A stretch of DNA of 64,000 bases from Yuukianura sp. NJ FZ-2021 (Eukaryota). A program made the translations under genes and the position numbers. Positions 27,383 through 36,835 of the stretch are shown one piece after another. Below the pieces are notes generated by a model. It was given only the letters and a program-made list of their open reading frames with translations, was not told where the DNA came from and did no database searches. Position 1 is the first letter of the stretch, and every line of letters begins with the position of its first letter. The stretch covers positions 4,402,001 through 4,466,000 of the forward strand of contig CM102283.1 of NCBI GenBank assembly GCA_046563655.1, written 5' to 3'.

Positions 27383-29699
27383 TCAGACTCTCCTAGAGAA
27401 ACAGCTTGTTCCATAGCGATGCCTCAATAAATAAAACTGGATTCCCGAGTCAATGAATAAGTTGCACATTTTGAAGTAAGCTTGCAGACTGACCCGCTCT
27501 CTTCTGAATTTCCGCAGTAACCGCTCCTGGAGTCCCTGAATATCCGCAACATACTGTGTAGTTCGTTGCAACACGTCCTGGAATGACCCATCAAGCGTCA
27601 TTTTGTGACCTCTGAGCCAAACGGCGTTTGCAGTTTCTCGGCAGTTCATTTCCTTTTTGAAAGAGAAAATATCATTTTCTAGCGTAACGCAGCGCGACAT
27701 CCAAATCAGAATAGTTTTGAACAGAGGATCTCTGCGTATGGCAGGAGAGAGCTGGATGTTGTTGAATACCGCGATAAGTTCAGTCCAAATCAGCATCCCA
27801 CCGGTGATGTCACGTATTTCTATGTAAAATTTCTGTAAAGTGGTTGTGCCTGAGTCGGAAGGTGATTTGTCCAGGTTCATGCGTGCTTCCCATGCCCAGG
27901 CTTCAAAAATGGCAGTAGTTGCAGTTAGGAACTGGGCAACACAGTTTGGCTCAAATGTATGGAGGGAGTTCGGTGTCAAAATTATTTTAAAGTTTCGCGC
28001 GTTAAAACATGTTCCGCCAATTAAAAACTAACGTTTTCGCGTATTACTTTAATGCGCGAAAATTTTTTTTAATTGCAGTAATTTTAAATTGCAGAAAAAT
28101 TTTAAACGGGAAAAAGTCTAAGCGTACGTTAACGGAACGTACGCTTAGGAAACGTACGCTTAGGAAACGTACGCTTAGGGAACGTACGCTTAGAAAACTT
28201 ACGCTTAGAATGCATGTCCAATAGAAATCACATTACCAGAACTGATCAGAATTAGTATTCTGTAAATTATTATTTATTGTCTATTATTATTTATTACCTA
28301 TTGTAAACTATAAAACACTTCATTTCTCATATGCTTTGTAAGGTTTTCAAAAATGTGTAGCCCCATACAGTGTTGCTGGATATCCAGTTTTTTGACATTG
28401 CGTCCACGGCTGGATATCCACAGGAAGAAATGGACGAATCCAGAGGGGTGGAGCTTTGCCCGCGGGGTTTGAAATACTTAAATCCAAAAAACTTAAGGAA
28501 TTCAAAATACCGTACAAAAACCAAGGAAATGTCGTTTTTGTAAGAGTTTTAAATAAATGCTTAATTTTAGCAATAAAAGAAACCCTTTTAAAATAAAATA
28601 AAAGAAAAAGATCCAATAACAATAAATAATAATTTACAGAATACTAATTCTGATCAGTTCTGGTAATGTGATTTCTATTGGACATGCATTCTAAGCGTAA
28701 GTTTTCTAAGCGTACGTTCCCTAAGCGTACGTTTCCTAAGCGTACGTTTCCTAAGCGTACGTTCCGTTAACGTACGCTTAGACTTTTTCCCGTTTAAAAT
28801 TTTTCTGCAATTTAAAATTACTGCAATTAAAAAAAGTTTTCGCGCATTAAAGTAATACGCGAAAACGTTAGTTTTTAATTGGCGGAACATGTTTTAACGC
28901 GCGAAACTTTAAAATAATTTAGCCACCAGAATCCCTCCATACAAATGCGTCAAGTTTTGAACGCAACAGGCCTAACATTTTACACATTTGTGTCAAAAGC
29001 GGAAACTTGTTTTTGGACAGCGACACTTTGAGAGCTTTTCGTTTGTTGAGAACGCGTATTAAATTGTCGACGGCTTCTTTCATATCGGGTATCGGCAGCA
29101 TTTCGTTCCAAAAATCCACGAGGTTGTCGAAAATCTCGTCTCAAAAAATTTCAAAACAAAACTAATGAATTTGCAAATATTATTTTTTAGGTAAAGTTTT
29201 TTCTTTTACCAAGAGTAAAGAATGTGAAGACGAACAGAACAAAGATTGACATAGAGTTGCCGTCGAGTGAATGGGTGCAGAGGGCGCACATAAGCGATGG
29301 ACTGGTGGCTCGCATTTTGGCAAAGTACGATGGATGGTTCCTGAGACCACATTCCGTGGCATAGCTGTCAACTAATTGCTGATATTTCTGCAGACTCTGC
29401 AGGTTATTTCTGCAGGTTAAGGTCAAATCCTGTGGGGGGAAGTAGCCCACCTTGCAAATGGTCGGAATCGATCCAACTAAATGGACGGTTTCCCTCTGAC
29501 CCTCCTCCTTGTCCACCTCCAATGTCCCCATGTGGAAGTTGACCTCAAGGTCACATCCAGTGAGCATGGCCAAGTACTCATTCCGACCAGAATCAAACAC
29601 TTTCCTCCCACCAATCTCGAACTGAATGTTCTCAGGAAGTGGTTCCCATTTCCCATTCGTCCATACGTTGACTGTCCCGTACTTGACCAACCTATTCAA
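27383..29699 (-). pseudogene. Microbial-type class I terpene synthase/cyclase, interrupted by a TIR element; 5' end uncertain
   Basis: DDxxD-like DEIFD formed across intron 29209-29140, YIEIRDITGG (effector Arg), NSE motif NDIFSFKKE (27676-27650) and C-terminal RY. The frame is continuous (KLDAFEPNCVAQF) after removing 27957-28942 and one TSD copy. Confidence 0.85.
27957..28942. mobile_element. Non-autonomous foldback/TIR element with ~324-bp TIRs (Sola1-like)
   Basis: Inverted arms at 27957-28280 and 28619-28942 begin GTATGGAGGGA. The TSD is AAAT (AWWT; a 6-bp CAAATG reading is also possible). Internal 15-bp ACGTACGCTTAGGAA repeats. Confidence 0.9.
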
Positions 29700-30674
29700 C
29701 TGATAAATTTTGTTCTGGCAATGTCAATGAAGGTATAACATCCATCTGAAAATCGAAAGTGGAAGAGAACAATGAACCTTGACGTACGTAAAAGTGTTTT
29801 GCCACAACGACGTCACCCAGTGTTAACCTCTGAGAAATCAAAATTGATTTTACGAAGGTCCTCATCGCGCTGCAACTTTATCTGCAACGCCTATCTAAAG
29901 GAGCTAAACACTTTTTGAAGTTGACATTGGTCCCGAGTTGCTTTATTAAGAAACTGAGATGTGAGTTAGATTTAGTCGATTAGTGGAATTCAGTATGCAA
30001 TAAATTAAGTATCACCAAGCTGCAGTTGTGCCTTGATTGAAACTGAGGTTAGAGTAGATCGTAAAAGCAGTCAAGGCCTTGACCCAGTTCCCAAATCGCC
30101 AGCCCAGTCCCGAGTTTCTCCGCGAGCTGAATTCTCTTCCGGATTGAAAGCAGGGTTGGATAGAACACTGTATGCTTTCCGTCATCAGTCTTTGAAAGGC
30201 AAAACAAAAGCACAAATAAGGTTCAATAAAGCTTTTTTTAAATGATCACAATTGCAAACGTACTTGGCTTCGAAGTAATGCTCTCCGATGTCCTCGCTCC
30301 ACTCAATTTTTTTCGTATGCTGAAGCAGGGTCAAATAAGATTGACCAAAAGTTGCATGACCTCCAGTTGACGTGAAGTCGTACCCGTAGAAATTCAGTCC
30401 AATCAGAATTTTTCGACGATCAGCTTGGGACGGAGCCAATTTTTCAACGCATTGTGTTATCCAAGCAATCGGACTGTTTCCTCCTGCAAACAAACAGCAG
30501 ACATAGAGAATTTTCTAACTTTGTTTTGAATTTAATCAACTCTAAGGAAATGACCTGGTCGCTCTGGGTTTGAGTAGTCGTAGGTCATGACTGAGAAGTA
30601 ATCAACGTGCTGCATCATACTGCTCATGTCTTCCTTGTCAATCATGCCCGGTTTGCCCAGGTTGTTAACTGGTG

Positions 30675-31273
30675 TGAGGGGAAGTCGGATGACTTTCCCA
30701 ACGGGCCGACACAAGGGTCACCCAGTCAGGAGCAAATAAATGAGGTCAAACGGCGAAACGAACTGCAATTGAATTGGTTAATTTATTAATGAACAAAATG
30801 ATACGTTTACGTATTGGGATCCAATGCAGTATTGTAGTGAGAGCGAAGAGAGGTCCTGGCACGGTCAACCAGGTATCTCTGGTCTGTCCAGAGAGTCCAG
30901 GGAGGGGGTTGAGGTCAAGTCCGGGTCAAGTTGAGGCAGTAGCGTGTCCAGAACACGGAGAAGAAAGATGGCGGCTACTGGAGAAGGAAGTGACGGGATT
31001 CTCTCTCTGTGAGTTGTTGCAGTGGACTGTGTGGAGTGATGGGAGGAAGATGAAGAAGACGGAAACTGCCAGAAGGAGCTGCAGGGAAGTGGCTGATGCA
31101 ATCCTCCGGGATTGTCATTGGTTGCTGAATTGGAGCTGGTGGTCTGGCGTCTTCGGAACTGCAGAGGGACGAAGGGAAATTGTGTTGTGTTGCTGCTGTG
31201 TTGGGAGGAAGCGGAGGAGGACGGAGGGAACCATATAGGCTTTTAGAGGGGGTTGTGGGCATACCTCCCCACA
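30675..31273 (-). repeat. 3' LTR of outer element
   Basis: Direct repeat of 49782-50380 with only a few substitutions seen. Confidence 0.96.
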
Positions 31274-31285
31274 GATTCCCAGCGA

Positions 31286-32534
31286 TCAGATCGCCGCCAC
31301 GGCGATAAGCCGAGGGACTCCGGAGCGATTCGGGGAATTATTGAGGTGGTCCTGGAGGATCCTTAGGGGGGTTTTTCTTCGGTGGAGGTGGGCAATTAGC
31401 GGAGTTCTCTCTCCACCAACGAGCACGTCGCTGCTGCCGATTCGGGACGTGGGGCAAACGTCCTTGTGCAGGAGCTGGGGGCAAACGTCCTTGTTCAGGA
31501 GCTGGGGGAACTGGAGCAACGTTTGATGGTTCCTGGGGGGTATTCCACGTGACGGTGACTGACGTTGCGTTTGCTGGAACGAAGGCATGAATTGGGATCA
31601 GTCCAGGGGGAACAGGCTGCGACTGGAACGTGGAGCTGAGAGCTGCTGCAGAAATGGGGAGAGTGATGGAACCGGAAGTGGCTCTGGAACCGAAGATGAA
31701 GCTGGGGGAGCTGCTTGAGCTGGTGAAACTGCTTGAGCTGGGGAAACAGAAGAAACGGAGCTTGAATTTGGGCGGGAATTTGAAGGAAGTGGCCGAATTG
31801 GTGATGCTGCAGTCGAATTTTGAGCCAATTCAGGACGATTAGGGTACGGAGCTGGACGAATCGGGCGAGTGAGAATCCGAATTGGTTGAGCCGATGCAGC
31901 AGAAGAGCTTGGTCCTGGGGTTTGAGGGTTCAAAGTGACTTTGGACATGTCACGAGCCAAGACGGAGGGGGAACTGGATCGGGAATGACCAGCTACGGGG
32001 GGTTTTGGGGGTCCATCGGGGACTTCAAATCCATAAGCGAGACGACTTTGGCTGGAACAGACGTCTGCGTTGTCGGCTTGGCTTTGGGAGCAGGAACAGA
32101 GAGACGACGAAACATTGGGGAATTTTGTGAAGATGGGGGAATCACGACGACCGAAGCAAGCTTTGGGCGTGGTGCTGGGGCGGAAACCATCTCCTGGAGG
32201 CTCTTCTGAGGGGAACGGGGGTTGAAACTGCTAGAGGTTTGGGGGAACTGACGATCCAGCTTCTTCGGGGATTTTGGCGGGGATTGAGGAGCGAGGGGCA
32301 TGTCCCAGTCATCCGGAATCGGATCCACGCGACGAGGAGTAATCGGAGCAGCAATGACAGTCGTAGGGGCGAAAATGACGAAGACGAAGACGACGATGAA
32401 GAGCCTGGAGTAGCAGTATCACGCGGAGGCGGAGAATTCAGCAATTCATCTTCTGCAGCCAAGTCAATTTCAGCAATTCCTTCAGAAGCATCATCTTCTC
32501 CTTGTTCCATCAAGTCTTCTGGTGGTTGGTCCAT
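31286..32534 (-). pseudogene. ORF3 of outer element: frameshifted Pro/Ser-rich, probably disordered protein
   Basis: Consecutive same-strand ORFs 32534-32142, 32328-31993, 31960-31598 and 31588-31286. The ATG is directly preceded by tttttttctgattttcag|G. Confidence 0.55.
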
Positions 32535-32582
32535 CCTGAAAATCAGAAAAAAAACACAGTATGAGTATTTAAAAAAACTCAG

Positions 32583-35500
32583 TCAGCGCTTTTTATGTTT
32601 AGTAAGGCGGGAAATGAGTGACAGAGCTTTTGTACGCGCCACGCGCATGGGTTGACCAGAAATTTCGTGATTTACGCTGGCAGGGGCGCAAATTACGGGG
32701 TTTTCACTCGCAACAGGGTGCAGGGAATCCTGGGCGCGTAAACCTGGTGGAACTGGGATTTCTGGGGCGTGGCTTTCAGGGAGATCATTTTGCACCACAT
32801 TTTGGGGGTCAAAATTTGGGGTCAACTCAGGAAGCGTAAGAGGGACAATTTCGGGAACTTCTAAAGGGAAACTCGGAATTTCAGGGGGAATCGGATCAGG
32901 GGCAATTTCTGGAGCCTGTAACGACTGAGGGGGGTCAAAATCATCATCAGACGACTCTCGGGAACTACTGTCAAACTCGGAAACATCATAAAGACGCTGG
33001 TGGTAGGGTTTTAATCGTTGGATGTTAACGACTGTCTCGTGAGGTTTTCTGGGTGCGAGCGATGTTACACGAACAGTTCCATTTGCAAGGACGTCAATGA
33101 CCTTGTAAGGGCCAATCCATTTCTTAGTGAACTTCCCGACGTGACCTTTTTTCCGTTGAAAGTTCCGGAGTAGAACATTCATACCAGCAACGTAGGTGGG
33201 GAATCTGATCTGCATTTGAGCTTTTACTCGTAAGAGCTGTTGCTCACGAGACAACGCATGGGCTACGTTGTTGGCGACGAATAATCTGTCAAAAGAATCA
33301 TTAGGGGTCAAATATTCTTGGGGAAGGGGAAACAACTTATCTACCGGCAAAACCGGCTCCCGACCAAAGACAAGAAAATATGGGGAGAAATTAGTTACCC
33401 GATGTACAGAACAATTAACAGAGAAAACTGCTTTGGGAAGGTGGATATCCCAATCTTTGTGATTTTCACTTACAAATTTGGCGATGACAGATTTTACCGT
33501 TCCGTTATGTCTCTCACAGACACCGTTTGACTTGGGATTATAGGCAGTCGTAGAGCGGTGGTCAATGGAATGGAGGGCAAGGAAATCCTCAAACTCTTCG
33601 GACTGGAAAACCGTACCACGGTCTGATAGTATCATCTTGGGAATCCCATGACGATATAAGACGTGTTTGGATAGGACTTTGATCGCTTGAGCAGAATCTG
33701 CTGCGGGAACGGGCCAAGCTTCAACGTAACGGGTATGGAGGTCGACTATGGTCAAAATATAGGAATTTCTCCTCGCTGTGATGGGAAAGGAGCCAACATA
33801 GTCCACAGCAAGTGCGGTAAAGGGAATGGCGGGAACGTCAAGGCCAACGCTATTAAGGGGAAGAGCGAAGTTCCGTCGATTATGCACTTGACACACGTGG
33901 CAGGAAGTGACAAATTTGACTAAGTCACGGTACATCCGGGGCCAATAGAACCGAGAACGAAGGAGATGCCAGGATTTGTGGAGACCAAGGTGACTAAGGG
34001 AGTCATTGTGGACGGATTCCATGGAGGATTTCCTAAGAGACTTGGGAAGACAAAGACGCCAAAGGTTACCAAATTCAGAGTAGTTCATTTTGTACAAAAC
34101 ACCATCACGCAGACTAAATTCGCTCAATTTTTTCGGTTCCGCTAAGGAGTGGAGCTTACCTAGCTGCTCTGCTTTTAAATACTCAATTAGAGGTAGCCAT
34201 TCTGGCTCTTTAAGTTGGAGATCCTTCAACTTTGACTCACGAACTCTCTGTGGAGCTTCAGGGGATACCGCTAAGGCCAGAAGATGATGTTCAATGGCCA
34301 AATGGTCTGTGTCAGAAGGGGCAGGGTCAACGGGGTTTCGGGAAAGCGGGTCCGCATCCGTGTGGATACGGCCACTCTTGTGGACAACCGTAAAGTCGTA
34401 GGGCTGGAGGGCTGATGCCCAACGGGAAATTTGGCCATAGGGGTCTTTGAACTTTAGCATGTCACAGAGGGAATGGTGATCTGTGACAACTTTGAAATGA
34501 CGGCCGTATAAATACGGTCGAAATTTCTCGACAGCCCAAACAAACGCTTTCATTTCCAATTGGGGGGTTCCAAACTTTGACTCGGAGGGGGAAAGAGCTC
34601 GCGAAGCAAAAGCTACAACTCTCTCTACACCATCTTGGATTTGACAAAGCGTTGCTCCAAAACCAAGTCCAGACGCATCACAATGGACGGACGTCTCTGC
34701 TTCTTCGTCGGGAAACGCTAGGACTGGGGGAGAAGTTAACTTGTCTTTTAACGTTTGCAACGCTACCTCGGCTTCAGGGGTCCACAAAAATGGGGTACCA
34801 CGCTTTGCAGCGATGATAGGGTGGAGGGGACGGGCTATCTCCACGAAACCTTTAATAAACCGTCTGTAGTAACTGCAAAGACCAACAAAAGAACGGACAT
34901 TTTTAACAGTCGTGGGGGTAGGGAAATTACGAACTGCTTGGGTTTTCTGGGGGTCAACTGCAATTCCTTCACGGGAGACAATATGTCCAAGGAATTTTAG
35001 GGAATCTTCGGCAAAGAAACACTTTTTGGGTTTTAAACTGAGACCAGCTTTACGGAGAGCACAGAAAATCTGCGCTAAGTGCTCTTCAAAGGAACGGGAA
35101 TAACAAACGACATCGTCTAAGTAAACGAGCACTATGGACCATTTTAAACGACCAAGGACATTGTCAATGAGACGCTGCCAAGTCGCTGGGGCATTGGTTA
35201 ATCCAAAGGGCATGACAACGAACTCGTACTGTCCGTCGGGGTTTACGAAACTGGTTTTCTCTCTGTCCTCTGGTTCCACCTCAACTTGGTAATACGCCTG
35301 GTCACAATCCATGGAGGAAAAGTACTTGGCGCCATTTAAACGATCCAGGGTGTCGCCTATTCGGGGGAGGGGATAGGAATCCTTTCTTGTCACTGCATTG
35401 ACTTTGCGAAAGTCAACGCAAAACCGCCAACTTTCGTCGGGCTTTTTGACAAGAAGGACTGGGGAACACCAAGGGCTATCGCTGGGGGTTATCGCCTTAA

Positions 35501-36236
35501 GATCCAAAAGACGCTCGACTTGGTTCTGGATTTCTCTGCGCTCGGTGAATCCTGTTCTATGGGGATGGGAAGCAATCGGTTTCGCAGTTCCTGTGTCAAT
35601 TTTGTGGGTCGTTAAATGAGTACGGCCAAGAGTAGCTGGATCGAAATTAAAAACATCCAAATTAGATACAAGAAAATCTTGCAATATTTGGCGCTGTTCG
35701 GGGGTTAGGGATTCGGATATTTTAAACGCCTCAATCCTCTTTTGCAGTTTCAGAGACGCAATGTCGTCATCATCATCAACTGCAAGTCCGAGGATTTCGT
35801 GCGCTGGGAGGGGGGAATGGGACAATTTGGAGCTCACATGACCGAATTCGTCTAAGTCACAGAGTACTGAGGACTCTGCGAAGGGTTCGAAGGTGCCTAT
35901 GGAGATGTTTTGTAGAAGTTTAATTGGTCGGTCTCCCAAATTCCACAGGAAAGTAACTCCTGCGCCATACTTGAGGGTGGAAATAAAATTTCCAATGGCG
36001 ATATGTTTTGCATATTGGAGCTCCTGACGAGGGAAAACAAGAACATCCCCGGTGAAAGGGAGATCTGTCTTAACGCTTACGCGTTTCATAGTTCTTGGGT
36101 TAATGATGATGGACCTGACCAGACGTAGGCACGGAGGGGGCGAAGTTTTTTGTGACAAATTCGAGTTACTGACGAAGGAAACTTCAGAGTCAAGTAACGA
36201 AGGGGATTTAGAGGATTGAGACGAATTCTGGGTCAT
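32583..36236 (-). CDS. pol: Pol of outer element (RT, RNase H, integrase)
   Basis: 1217-aa ORF with WRFCVDFRKVN, YLDD, CDASGLG, HHCC, AVDYVG, ILSDRG, NGVCER and GPY. Confidence 0.97.
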   Translation of the reverse strand: MTQNSSQSSKSPSLLDSEVSFVSNSNLSQKTSPPPCLRLVRSIIINPRTMKRVSVKTDLPFTGDVLVFPRQELQYAKHIAIGNFISTLKYGAGVTFLWNLGDRPIKLLQNISIGTFEPFAESSVLCDLDEFGHVSSKLSHSPLPAHEILGLAVDDDDDIASLKLQKRIEAFKISESLTPEQRQILQDFLVSNLDVFNFDPATLGRTHLTTHKIDTGTAKPIASHPHRTGFTERREIQNQVERLLDLKAITPSDSPWCSPVLLVKKPDESWRFCVDFRKVNAVTRKDSYPLPRIGDTLDRLNGAKYFSSMDCDQAYYQVEVEPEDREKTSFVNPDGQYEFVVMPFGLTNAPATWQRLIDNVLGRLKWSIVLVYLDDVVCYSRSFEEHLAQIFCALRKAGLSLKPKKCFFAEDSLKFLGHIVSREGIAVDPQKTQAVRNFPTPTTVKNVRSFVGLCSYYRRFIKGFVEIARPLHPIIAAKRGTPFLWTPEAEVALQTLKDKLTSPPVLAFPDEEAETSVHCDASGLGFGATLCQIQDGVERVVAFASRALSPSESKFGTPQLEMKAFVWAVEKFRPYLYGRHFKVVTDHHSLCDMLKFKDPYGQISRWASALQPYDFTVVHKSGRIHTDADPLSRNPVDPAPSDTDHLAIEHHLLALAVSPEAPQRVRESKLKDLQLKEPEWLPLIEYLKAEQLGKLHSLAEPKKLSEFSLRDGVLYKMNYSEFGNLWRLCLPKSLRKSSMESVHNDSLSHLGLHKSWHLLRSRFYWPRMYRDLVKFVTSCHVCQVHNRRNFALPLNSVGLDVPAIPFTALAVDYVGSFPITARRNSYILTIVDLHTRYVEAWPVPAADSAQAIKVLSKHVLYRHGIPKMILSDRGTVFQSEEFEDFLALHSIDHRSTTAYNPKSNGVCERHNGTVKSVIAKFVSENHKDWDIHLPKAVFSVNCSVHRVTNFSPYFLVFGREPVLPVDKLFPLPQEYLTPNDSFDRLFVANNVAHALSREQQLLRVKAQMQIRFPTYVAGMNVLLRNFQRKKGHVGKFTKKWIGPYKVIDVLANGTVRVTSLAPRKPHETVVNIQRLKPYHQRLYDVSEFDSSSRESSDDDFDPPQSLQAPEIAPDPIPPEIPSFPLEVPEIVPLTLPELTPNFDPQNVVQNDLPESHAPEIPVPPGLRAQDSLHPVASENPVICAPASVNHEISGQPMRVARTKALSLISRLTKHKKR

Positions 36237-36371
36237 GTCATGAACTAGTTTAGGGGATTTGGCCGTACATTGGGGGGAATCGACACAGGTTCTGGATCCG
36301 ACGCAATGGGAGAGCTGGGGGTATCTGAAACTTGTTCAGTTTCAGACAATGACAATTTGTTTAGAACAGGG

Positions 36372-36591
36372 TGAGACGGAAACGGCTGCGGAGTCTGCCT
36401 GGTGGCTGCTCGGTGGAGCCGAGGTCAGCCAGAGATGAGGTCAAATGAACAGACAAGAGACACGGAAGAGCTTGTTGCTCTGTAAAAGGCTATATTGAGA
36501 CTAATCTCCCTACTCATACATCTCTAGAAATCTGTGTCTTAGCTATAGTAACCTAAGGGGGATAGCTAGGGGTGTGGTATCTACCGCTACA
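36372..36591 (-). repeat. 3' LTR of nested element
   Basis: 36493-36591 is identical to 46489-46587; the remainder is diverged. Confidence 0.9.
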
Positions 36592-36835
36592 CATTCTGCC
36601 GCGAAGAAAGTGGGCCTCCTTCTGGGGGTATCCTGGGGGTCTCCTGGGGTCCTTACCGGCCTCAGTGGGTCCTCTATGGCCCGAATTCGTATTCGAGAGA
36701 ATACCAATTAGCGTAGAGTGGGGAAATTAATTTTTATATTTTGATAATTTTATTTTGATTATGTACATTTTTTTTTTGATGATTTTATTTTTTGATATTT
36801 TTATTTTCTTTTTCTGATAATTTTATTTGATAATT

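Noticed and set aside
28009-28890. Mirror-image 71-aa ORFs with RTLRK repeats
   Set aside because: Products of the TIRs and their 15-bp repeats.
30774-31238. 154-aa ORF duplicated at 49881-50345
   Set aside because: Lies wholly within the LTRs, antisense to the element, with no recognisable motifs.
36241-36300. Programmed frameshift between outer protease region and pol
   Set aside because: A -1 shift is needed but no canonical slippery heptamer or stem was seen; an indel in the C-run is equally likely.
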